The notes beneath the pieces are model-generated. The model was not told the origin of the DNA. It was given only the letters and a program-made list of their open reading frames with translations, and did not search any database. DNA of 63,854 nt, the filler included. It is 16 parts of 16 records of this genome, joined end to end, with 100 filler letters (N's around TTAATTAATTAA, not from the genome) between each part and the next. Parts side by side here need not be neighbours in the genome. Positions count along the whole stretch, not along the records: positions 34,225 to 38,779 come from SRR7504441_19484; positions 38,880 to 42,080 come from SRR7504441_19487; positions 42,181 to 45,999 come from SRR7504441_19494; positions 46,100 to 49,682 come from SRR7504441_19548; 12 more parts are not named here. One strand, written 5' to 3'. Position 1 is the first letter of the stretch. Each line of letters begins with the position of its first letter. Positions 37,205 to 47,436 of the stretch are shown here, piece by piece. A program made the position numbers and the translations under genes.

Positions 37205-38312
37205 TCACAAGTCCAAGCACCACGGCGGCCGGTTCTTCATCACCTTCCCAGTGGCACACCAGCTCTTGGCAGCTGCGCGCACCCGCTCATTCTCGTCAGG
37301 CGTCGGGCTGTGCTGCGGCAGCCGAGGTGGCCCCACATTCAGCCGGTGCTTGGCCCCAATCAGGTTCATCAGGGCCTTGCCGCCATTCACGCCGGGCACC
37401 GCTCCGTACACCGCGCTCAGGAACGAAGCCACGTCCGCCTGGGCGTCGGCGGCGGCCTGGTAATCGTGTCGTGCATATGCAGCCATCACTCGGCCTTCAA
37501 GCCATCCATTGAAGTTGTACGTTGAGCCAACCGCGCCGTGCACCCCGAGCACCAGCGCCGAGAGCAGCTGACCATCCAGTCCGTAGAGCATGTTGGGCCT
37601 TCTGCCGTTAACAGCAACCCTGGGCACCGGTGGTGAGACTCAGCCGGATTGAGGTGCTACCGCGAGGCAAGAAGCAAGTCGACAAGGTCAGTGTCGGTGA
37701 ATTTAACGCCGTTGAAATTGGGGATACTTGCGTTGATCCCCTGGAGGAAGGCTTGCATCTTGATTTGCACACCGGTCATGCCAGGAATGTGGTAATAATA
37801 GAACGGCAAGCTCGGAGCCCCAGCTGCCACATAGCCCATGGTCTCCACCAGACTAGCCACGCTGCCCGGCTTGATGTAGGTTGGGGGCATTGCCGCGATT
37901 CCCCAGGCCCCGATCTCGCCCGCGTGCCGCGCCAGTGCCCTGGCGTCGACCACCGAGTCGGCGCCCACGTGGACCATCAGCCTCAGCCTGCACTCACGAC
38001 AGTGGGAGGGCCCGGCAGGCCAAGCAGCCACCCGTGCTCCCGAGCGGGGCCAACCCAGGCCTGCGCCAGCGCCATCCGCTCGGCCGTGGTCAGATCCACC
38101 GACTCGCCGGTGGTGCCGCAGACGAAGGCCACGCCCACCCCGGTCTCGTTGAGGTAGCGCGCCTGGGCAGCGATCGAGGTCGGGTCCAGGTTGAGGCTCT
38201 GGTTGGCAGCGAACGGTGAGTACACGGCGGCAACGAGCCCGTCGATCCGGCCGAACTCGCCGTTTGTCGCCACAGCGCACAGGATCGGGAGCACGAAGAT
38301 GATCAGCTTCAT
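37205..38312 (-). CDS. NPL: N-acetylneuraminate lyase (DHDPS/NAL family) with signal peptide, 2 introns
   Basis: GTTGE, ER, MVHVG, PFYYYHIPGMTG, GVKFT (Schiff-base Lys), GAVGSTYNF. Confidence 0.88.
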
Positions 38313-38945
38313 GGCTGAAATTTATTGGCGAGACTTCGAAAAAAAAAAAATCGACGGGCTGGACAGCTGACAACCGAGCTCGGCGTTCTGTCGGCGCTGC
38401 CATTGTACAACCCGGCCACGTGCGCACCTAGTGCACACCCGCGCTGTCCTCGAAGGTGCGGCCCAGCTAGTGTAGCCAACTTTAAATTTCCAGATGCATG
38501 ACTTGTAGCTAGAGGAGCTAGAAAGTAAACACACGCGTAGATCTAATTATACTAGTAAGAACACACGCGTAGCCTGAGATCAGTAAGTATGGAGATCACG
38601 ATACGACACAACAGCCCCCACTCTTGTCCTTCTGCGGCTTTGGCCTTCTCGGCTCGGCCGGCGCTGCCGAGTTGGAATCCACTTGCGAGTTCGTATTTGA
38701 CTTGGAACTGCCTGCAGAATTGTTGGTCGACATGCCAGGATTGGCTGTGGCTCCGGAGTTCGTCGATCTAGAGACAGGCNNNNNNNNNNNNNNNNNNNNN
38801 NNNNNNNNNNNNNNNNNNNNNNNTTAATTAATTAANNNNNNNNNNNNNNNNNNNNNNNNNNNNNNNNNNNNNNNNNNNNCGGATCTTAAATAGGTGAACC
38901 TACGGTACGATTTTACGCTTGCTGTTAGATTCAAAGGCGACGACG

Positions 38946-39909
38946 ATGTTGCGACCAGCGGCTGTGGTCCCACCGCCGCCGCCGCCGGGTATCCGGCCCG
39001 CGCCGACTCCGCCGTTGAGCAGATCCCTCGCGGAGCAGCGAGAGGTGGCCGCGGCGGTGGCTGCGATACAGGCGGCCGCGGACGAGGCCATCCGGCAGGC
39101 CAAGGCGCGCGGCTGCCGGCCGGTCTGCTTAGTTGGGGGCGCAGGAGCTCGGGGGGGGGCGGACCGCCGAGGTGTGGGGCGAGTTTGTGCGGGGCGGCGA
39201 GTTCCTGCCCGAGGACCCGTGGCGTGCTCGGTGCGCCGAGGCCGAGCAGCGGAACCAGCAGCTGGCGGGAGAGCTCGAGCACTGGCGGGAGCGGGCGGCC
39301 GAGATGGAGCGCCGGAGCGTGGAGGCCCCCGATGTGTGGCGGGAGCGGTGCCTCGCAGAGCAACAGGCCAAGACGCACGCACTCGCGCAGGCCGAGGTAC
39401 CCCAGGGGGTGGGCGGGCGGCCAGCCGGATGCAGGAGGCTTGGGCGCTAGCAGCCGAGGAGCGCCGCAGGCGGATCGAGGCTTTGAATGCGGCGGAGGGC
39501 GCAATCAGCGATGCGGTTGGACTGGCCAGGCAGCCGGTCTGATTGGGGGCAGATGGAAGGAGCGATGCGTGTTGTGAGCGAGAGCCTCGAGGGAGCCCAG
39601 CCGCCACTGCCGTTTGGGCCACTTGGCGAGACGCTCCAGGACATCTCGCTGCTCAAAGGCCAGCTCGTTCCTCTCAGCCCGCCGGCCGCCATCCATCAAG
39701 CGACTGACCAAGCCAAATGGTGCCCTCCCCTCTGGTGGGCTGAGCTCTCACTCAGGGTGTCACGATGCGCTACATTGGATGCGATGCTGGCCCCCAAGCC
39801 GGTGACACCTATGCTGCAGCCTGGCTCGCCGGTGCCTAGGCTGCCGCCCGGTTCGCCTCCCGTTATCCCGATCGCGCCTGTGATGCCCGGCTCACCAGTG
39901 TTGCCCTGA
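38946..39909 (+). CDS. Hypothetical coiled-coil / Pro-rich protein (spliced)
   Basis: ORF pieces can be joined by short introns. No recognised domain. Confidence 0.5.
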
Positions 39910-40134
39910 GAGTACTTGTACTTACTCATACAATGGGCTACACACGGCGCGGGTACGGTACCGCCAGTGGCCCAAAGCTCCAGCTAGGCTTCTTCCAGGC
40001 CGGTCAGTAACCAAAAACTGTAGCTTTTAGCATTCAATTACACAATCATGTACGCGGTGATTCTTTAATATTTCATCATGACTTCATCCCGTGTTTCCGT
40101 GACAGCCAGTATAATAATTTCGCTCGATACTAAG

Positions 40135-41221
40135 CTATTGTAAGGCCTCGAGCTTTTCGACCAGCCTAGCCCAGTCTGCGTCCGGCGTGTTTGCACCTGC
40201 ACTGGCGGTCAGCGGCTAGACTGCTCGCGGGTTACTAAGCTCTGGGCAGTGGTTGGGAATGTCCTTGAGCGCATCCACCACCGGCGTGCAGGCCCTAATC
40301 GAGTGCAGCACCACGTGCATGTTCGGGCCGGTCGCTAGGGTGTTGAGCAGACTGGCCATGCTGTTCAGGTCCAGACACTTTTGCACCTGTGGCCGGCTGG
40401 CTGATGGGCTTCTCCGAGGGTTGCCTTCTCGCGTCGCTCAGCCTTGACCTCACTCGGCTCCTCCCAGGTGCCCTCTCCAGTCGAAGCCGAGTACCAGTAC
40501 GGCGTGTCGTTCTCCCCGCGCTGCTCGACGAAGTCTGTCTTCCGCTTGACCCTTTTCTTCTTGATCCTCGAGGACATTGTGCTTAGCAGTGAGCCGACTG
40601 CGCCTGCCCTGATCATCCCTGTCACGTTGCTGCTGTTCCCCGGGCCGTGCGGGTCCTGTCTCAGCAGCGCGCTCAGCGCGGCCACCGACTCGGTGCTGGC
40701 GGCCACCCCGCCGTCCCGGAGCAGCGCGATCAGCGACGGGACCGCCCCGGACTCGATGATGTGCCGCACGTTCTCCTCCCCCTGCGCGCACCGCCCGATC
40801 CCGCTGGCCGCGCAGGTCTTGATCCGAGCCCCGCCTGCCCCGGGCTCCCCTCCCGCCGGTGCGGCTGGGCACCCTCGCCGAGCAGCCGGGCGAACACCGG
40901 CACGGCCCCGGCCTGCACCACCGCGGTCGGGTTGTGCTCGGCCACGTCGCGGAGCCTTTCGGCGGTCTTGAGGTCCCAGCGCAGCTGTAGCTCCTCGAGT
41001 AGGCTGCGCAGCTCCCGGTTGAACAGGCCCAGGTTGCGCTCGAAGTTGGGCCCGCTCTTGTTCAAGTCCTGCCGGCACAAGCTGTCCGCCTGCCGGGCCG
41101 GCTTGGCCCCAGTGGCCTCCGCCTCAGAGTCCGACGACAGCGGGTCGGTCGACTCGCCGCGCGAGATCACTGTTGCTGGCGCCCCCTTGAACGACGGGTA
41201 CTCCTCCGCCTTGCGCTTCAT
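40135..41221 (-). CDS. Armadillo-repeat protein with a WW-like domain (spliced)
   Basis: ARM motifs VVQAGAVPVFARLL, IIESGAVPSLIALL and MIRAGAVGSLL. WW-like PYWYSASTGEGTWEEP. Stop TAG at 40135-40137. Confidence 0.75.
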
Positions 41222-41516
41222 CACACCGACCACGGACCGATTATAACGGCACCGAACACACCCACACTGAAGTCACACAGGCTCATTGATTCGATGGCGG
41301 GTTTCAACTACCAGTGCTTCGTGAGCACTAGCCGCTAGCTTCGTGTGCACGCACACATTCGTGAATGCTCAAGGTGTAAGGAGAATCATCTGCCTCATGC
41401 ATTATATATGAACGAAACCTGTGTATCTACGCTGTGTACAACCTAGGCTCAGTAAACCTAGGAGCCCTAACTAGGGGCCCTACAGGTACTGTACACTACA
41501 GGTCAGTGCCATCCGG

Positions 41517-42080
41517 TCAACCGATCAGGCTCCGGCTTTCACCGGAGTTATATTGTTGTTCCAGTGACGGTTCACTTGGGCTACTGACGCTCGGGGCTGG
41601 CGCATCAGAGAAGGCATCTAAACTGGAGTCTGGGGGCGGGCCCGAGGCGGGCGGGCCACTGCGGCCGGAGAAGAAGGCCTCAAAGCTGTCAGTCCGGTCC
41701 AGCTCGGCCGCACCATGGGTAGCCGTAGGGGCGGGTGCCCTGTGACACATGAGCACACCGCAGGCTGGGGGTGGCACCTAGCTCGGGGCTTGGCGGCGGG
41801 AGGCGGCGGGAGCAGCCCAGCTCGGGCCGGCTTGGCGGGCGGCTGGGCCGAGCTAGTGGTTGGCATCCCAAGCAAATCCAGATTGACAGCAGGTGCAGCC
41901 GGCGGGGGCGGCATGGCTGGCGGTGGCATGGCCGGCGGCGGCGTGGCTGGTGGGGGCGGCATGGCCGTTGGCGGCATGCCCCCCTGCTGCTGCTGCATCC
42001 CCATCCCCCCCTGCTGCTGCTGCATCCCTATCATCCCCTGCTGCTGCATCCCCATCATAGGTTGCTGCTGCATTCCCATC
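41517..42080 (-). CDS. Low-complexity Gln/Met/Pro-rich C-terminus (5' partial)
   Basis: MGMQQQ repeats, poly-Pro, and DLLG and DAF-type motifs typical of endocytic adaptor tails. Confidence 0.5.
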
Positions 42081-42414
42081 NNNNNNNNNNNNNNNNNNNN
42101 NNNNNNNNNNNNNNNNNNNNNNNNTTAATTAATTAANNNNNNNNNNNNNNNNNNNNNNNNNNNNNNNNNNNNNNNNNNNNCGTTACCCTATGTGGCAAAG
42201 TGTGTATTAAATTGGAGCGGTTCGCTCCGCATGACGTACGTACGAGGTTGCGAGTACGAGTAGTCGAGTACTGGGTCACGCGTGTACCGTAAGTGGAAAT
42301 TCAAGCGATGGGTCATGAATATTTTGAGTCAGACATTTATTATGAAAGACGTACACGCAAACTACTAACATTATACAAATACTTATATCAAGCCGGCGAC
42401 GCCTATTGAGTCAC

Positions 42415-43383
42415 TCAACGGCCGTGGCCATACCCCAGCGAGTCCATGGCTAGCATGCCCTTGAGCCCGCGGCCGTGCTCCAGGTCGCGCTGCTCCTGAA
42501 ACACCGAGAACTTGCTCGCCAGGTTGGAGGCACTGTCACAACACTTGGTCATGGCTGCCAAGTGAGCGGCAAGCAGAACGTCGTTGTACTCTGTCAGCAA
42601 GTCCCCTTGCAGCTTGTCGGCCCGCTCGGCCGGAAGCCGCTTGCACAGGGCCTGGATGCTGCGCATCAGCGCCGGCTTGGGGGTGACTTCGCCGGCTTGG
42701 ACCCTCTGGAGCCAGGCCACGATTGTGCCAATGTTCTGCGTAAGCATTTCTATCGCCGACTTGAGATCGCCCAGGTGCGAGTCGAGAAGCACCGCGGCCG
42801 GTTTGGACCGGGGCTTGATCGCGGCCATCGAGCTGATGCAGGTCGACTCGGCCGGGTTGGATTCCACTCGGAAAGCTAGCGGGGCGAACTGGCCGGCCAC
42901 AAGCTCGAAGGCGCTCAGGGGGAACCGCTCCGGATCCTCGGCCGCAGTCGGGTCGAGCATCATCAGGAAGCCGGCCGAGACATTCCCGGCCTCGCAGGCT
43001 TTGCCCACCGTCTGGTGGCTCTGCAGGTCGGCCGCGCCCGGCTGCTCGCCGGACCTGTACCAGCCAATCACCTCGAACTCTGGAAAGACGCCCGCGTCGG
43101 AGACATAGTGATCCCGGGTAGACATCGGCATCTTAGTCACGTCGACCTCGTTCAGGAACTTGCCGTCGATCGTGCAGCTGGTCGGATCGGCCGGGCTGGC
43201 GGGGTCGGTGGGCACCCCGAAGGCAGACTGGGCCTCCCAGATGCCATCGGCGTAGGTGCCGATTAGGCAGCCCATCACCGGGCTGATCCCACGCGCCTTG
43301 GACCGGGAGAAGTGGTCGGAGATGTTCATGATCGCCATCGGGTGGATCAGGCAGCGTGTGACTGCCCCCGAGTCGCCCTCCAT
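42415..43383 (-). CDS. CSN6: COP9 signalosome subunit 6 (MPN- domain), intronless
   Basis: IHPMAIMNISDHFSR, VMGCLIG, VFPEFEVIGWY, AI.ML, LMRSIQALCKRLP, EYNDVLL..LAAMTK. True ATG at 43383. Confidence 0.9.
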   Translation of the reverse strand: MEGDSGAVTRCLIHPMAIMNISDHFSRSKARGISPVMGCLIGTYADGIWEAQSAFGVPTDPASPADPTSCTIDGKFLNEVDVTKMPMSTRDHYVSDAGVFPEFEVIGWYRSGEQPGAADLQSHQTVGKACEAGNVSAGFLMMLDPTAAEDPERFPLSAFELVAGQFAPLAFRVESNPAESTCISSMAAIKPRSKPAAVLLDSHLGDLKSAIEMLTQNIGTIVAWLQRVQAGEVTPKPALMRSIQALCKRLPAERADKLQGDLLTEYNDVLLAAHLAAMTKCCDSASNLASKFSVFQEQRDLEHGRGLKGMLAMDSLGYGHGR

Positions 43384-43434
43384 TGGATGATTCCGTTGGG
43401 CGATCTGATCGGGGACGCGGCAAGGCTTTGAGAC

Positions 43435-44498
43435 ATGGCTACAGTGGATGCGGCGGCGTTTTATGCGACCTACCACGGGCACGAGGTGGCCCACCTGGAG
43501 CAGATCTACGAGCCGCTCCGGGCGAGCTCCTCGCTGGGGATGGTTTTCCTGGCCGGCGACTCGTCGCTCGACAACAAGCACTGGCTATTCCCCCAGGGCC
43601 AGAGCAAGGTCGACTCGGACTTGCCTGACGGGCTGGCCGCCCCGGCCACCCCAGCGTACAGCGCAGTACTCAGCCCGCCCCGGATGGTGCGCGACGTGGC
43701 CTATTGGGTGAACCAGCTTCTGCTGGAGAGGCTGGACAATCCTGAGAACCCGGATAGTCTCGGGATGTGCTGCGTCAACGCAGCTGTCGAGGAGAGCACA
43801 GTCGCGGACAGGTTAGTGGACTGTATATCTATAGATCTGTTCAACTGACTATGGACAGGTTCAACGGACTGATGCCGCAGGACGAGTTCATTCGGGACCA
43901 TCTGGGCCCCAATGACGTAGTTGTGGTGTCTGTGGGAGGGAACGACGTGGCCTTGAAACCGGCGCCGGCCACCCAGCAGCACCTGGCCAATTTGATGATG
44001 GCAGATCCGGCCGAGCTGAAGGCGCACCCGTCGATGGGATACCTGAAGAAGCTATTTGGCGAGAAGGTGCAGCAGTACATAGAGAAGATCTGCAGCAAAT
44101 GCGCGCCAAAGATGGTGGTTGTCTGCTTGTGCTACTACCCGTGCGAGCAGGCCGGCGGGAGTTGGGCAGATGACACACTCGATAAACTGGGGTACAATGT
44201 GTGCCCGGCCCGGCTGCAGGGGCTGATGCAGCTCGTGTTCACCGAGGCTACCAAGTCGATCGGGCATGATCCAGAGGACGAATACAGGCCCAAGCTGCTG
44301 GGAGCGTCTGTGGTGCATATCGCGCTGAGCGAAGTGCTCGACTCCAAGGACCCCGACGACTACGTCCAGCGGGTCGAGCCGAGCATCCAAGGCGGCCGCA
44401 AGATGGCCAGTGCCTTCACGCAGTGCATCACCGACCTGCTCGCTGCCGAAATCATGGCCGCAACTATGGCTGATCCCTCTTCCGGCGGACTACTGTAA
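43435..44498 (+). CDS. SGNH/GDSL-like hydrolase family protein, 1 intron
   Basis: FLAGDSSLDNK (block I), VSVGGND (block III), YYP, D.V..+EPS..GG.K+A. Confidence 0.7.
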
Positions 44499-44591
44499 TT
44501 ATTAAACGATTAAAGTATATTAATTATTTCTTGCTACAAGTCCGTTACTTGCGAGGCAGGACCGCGAGGCAGGACCGCCGCGAGCGCCGCT

Positions 44592-45911
44592 ATGGCCGAC
44601 ACCAATAAGGACGAGGCCAAGCTCGAGGCTTGGCGGGCGTCCAAGCTGGCCGAGTGGGAGCAGCCGGAGAGCAAACTCCGGCAGAAGCTTCCCTCCCGGC
44701 AACAGTTCGACGCCTGGGCCGATAAGCAGTGCCTCCGGGCCAAACACAATGCCGCCACCGCCCGGGCGGGTGGCGCCAGCCGGACCAGCCAGCCGGGCCA
44801 GCCGGTGGTGCGGCTGGAGGATGTGCGGTTCACCCACACGCGGTATGGCCGGACCCCAGTGCTGCACGGCCTGTCTATGGAGCTCCGCCGGGCCGAGGTG
44901 GTGGGCGTCTTCGGCCTGAACGAGGCGGGCAAGACCACCGTGGCCCGGATCATAGAGGGCTCGCTCAAGCCTGACTCCGGCACTCTCGAGATCGGGCCGC
45001 CCGGACCGGCGGAGCGGCGCAACACCTGGTGGCTAGCCGCAATCGTGCTCGCGCTCGGCCTGGCCGGTGAGCTGGCCCGTCGCGGGTGGCTGGCGGGGGC
45101 CGGGCTGCTGGTCGGGGTGTCTGTGGCGGTCGGATTGGCGTGGTGGTGGCGGCGGGGCCAGCGACCGCCCGGTGCGCCCAAAGTGGTTCTGATTACTTCT
45201 GAGGATGCCCCTGGCGCGATCTACAAGCCGCAGCAGGCATAATAACTCTTCGTGGCCCGCAGGGGCTGACCGCCAGGCCAGGTGACCCTTCTCGAGTACG
45301 TGAGTGGGCTGATGCCTGGGAAGCCTAGCCCTGAGGCCCGGCGCGGGACTGTAGCTGGGCTACTAAAGCTGATGGGTTTCCAAATGTACGATCAGCAGAC
45401 AGGAGAGAAAGTCGGGAGTGTGGACGAGTACCTGAAGAACGGGGTGACCTTGGAGCAGTGCTCGGGCGGCCAGAAGCAGATCGTGTACACGCTCCGGATG
45501 CTGGCGAGCAAGCCGGATCTGTTGCTGTTGGATGAGCCGCTCACCAGCTTGGACCAGTACGCCAAGGCGAGGCTGCTGGTGTACCTCCAGCACCTGGTCA
45601 GGCGCAGCCAGCTACAGAGCGTCATGTTCATCAGCTGCGACCTGACCGCCTTCCCGTTTGTGTGCGACCGGTTGGTGCATCTGCACAAGGGCGTGGTGGC
45701 TGAGCAAGGCCAGACAAAGCAGATGATGACCAAACCGGCCGAGAAGCTCACCCGCGAGTACCTTCACTCGCACGCGCTGGTGACGCCGTCCGGCAAGGAC
45801 ATGGAGGCCATGATGCAGAACACGGAGCAGCTCAAGCCAGAGGTGCTCGAGCATGCCGCCGAGGTCGAGCGCTGGCAAGCCATTGTAGCCAGTGGCCACA
45901 AGTTGATCTAG
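44592..45911 (+). CDS. Stand-alone ABC ATPase domain with an inserted transmembrane hairpin
   Basis: Walker A GLNEAGKTT, signature CSGGQKQ, Walker B/D-loop LLLLDEPLTSLD. GC-AG intron 45237-45281 removes in-frame TAATAA. Confidence 0.85.
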
Positions 45912-46099
45912 CTCAGTTGGCAGTGCGGGAGCAAAGCGGGGGCAAGATTCTGCGGACCAGATTCTCGCATGAGACCTTATTGGTGCATCGATATACACAN
46001 NNNNNNNNNNNNNNNNNNNNNNNNNNNNNNNNNNNNNNNNNNNTTAATTAATTAANNNNNNNNNNNNNNNNNNNNNNNNNNNNNNNNNNNNNNNNNNNN

Positions 46100-47103
46100 C
46101 TACAGGAGGCTTGTTCGGTGCTCAGCCAGAACTTGCAGGCGGCTTCCCCCCAGACTTTGCTTCAAAAACGAGCTTCAAAGAGCCTGAAGGGCTTGCAATA
46201 GAGAGGGCTAAGAGTGCAGCACTGCAAGTTCAGCTAGACGATGCCCTGGCGAAGATTGCAGCACTAGAGGAAGAGCTTGGCTCGCAGGGCGAGGAAGACC
46301 CAGGGCAATTGAGCAATCCGACATTAGTGCCCTCTCGGGTCGGAGCATTTGCAATCATTTCTGGAGCAGGTCCAGAGGCAGGCTTGCTTCTGCTTCAACG
46401 ACTCGTCGAGCTGACTCGGAAAAGGCTTGGATCGGCTTACTTGAGCGATCGTGACGCACCTGAAGTCGTGCTGCTGCAGTGCCCTGATATTGGTGGGTGC
46501 CCACATGAGGACCTTCTCAACCAATGCTCACCCGCTGCTCAGCGTGTTTGGGTCGCGTTGCAGAAAGCGATTTTACAGGTAGAGATGTTGAGGCTGCCTC
46601 AGTTCATTCTCGCTTGCAACACGCTGCACATCTGGTCAGACCGGATTGAGCATTTCATTTATGAGAGAGGTCTCTCGACGAGATTTTTGTCCATTGTTAC
46701 ATGTGTCTGGCGTGGTGTTGCGTGCTCAAGTGCAACAACTCGTGCACTTTTCGTGCTGGGGACACGAGTTGTGACCGGATCACGGTCACCCTATGCAAAC
46801 TTCCCGGGCCTTGAAAGCCTGAGTGTCAGACTTCGTGACGAGCTCAGTTGCTTGATCGAAGCGGTGAAAATACAGGGAGCTAACCAAACGCTCGGTGCAC
46901 GATTTTCGACCTTACTACAAGGTCTAGCTGCAACTACTGGAGCTACCCTCTCGTCAAGACCCCTGCCATGCGTCGTCATACTAGCTTGCACGGAGTTGCC
47001 GTTGCTAATGCAGTTTGTCCGCACTGAAGAGATCGTTAATGTTGAAGTGATCGACCCCGTGGTGCTAGTCGAGGACGCCGTGCATGTTTCCCCACCTATG
47101 TAA
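46100..47103 (+). CDS. Asp/Glu racemase family (PLP-independent), 5' partial, intronless
   Basis: IISGAGPEAG, ILACNTLH and VILACTELPL, with both catalytic Cys. Open frame back to the contig edge. Confidence 0.85.
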
Positions 47104-47329
47104 GCCACTCTAGATCTACATGTACCTGTAATGTTACAGGTTGGACTGGCGTAAAATTGCTTTTTCTTGTGGCCGCCCGCGACGGGGTAGCGACGGGGAA
47201 GGACATGTAACGACGGCGACCAGGTGCGGGAAATCGGGTCGGATCTAGATCTTATAATTGCATGTAGTACTTGCCAAGGTATCGAGCGCCGTGGGTTGTA
47301 AAGTAAAGACTAAAGAGCGTTATACATGT

Positions 47330-47381
47330 AACAGAAATATAACAGAAATACAACAGAAATACAACAGAAATACAACAGAAA
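47330..47381 (+). repeat. 11-bp tandem repeat AACAGAAATA(C/T), about 4.5 copies
   Basis: Directly visible between convergent genes. Confidence 0.9.
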
Positions 47382-47436
47382 ATGTATAAATTATGTACAT
47401 GAAGTCCTACATGTAAATTCGTGTGTGTGCGCTGGA

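Noticed and set aside
42415-43581. CSN6 overlapping the divergent gene as drawn in the ORF track (similarly 8812-10134)
   Set aside because: The extensions come from non-ATG starts. Homology begins at ATG 43383, leaving a 51-bp gap.
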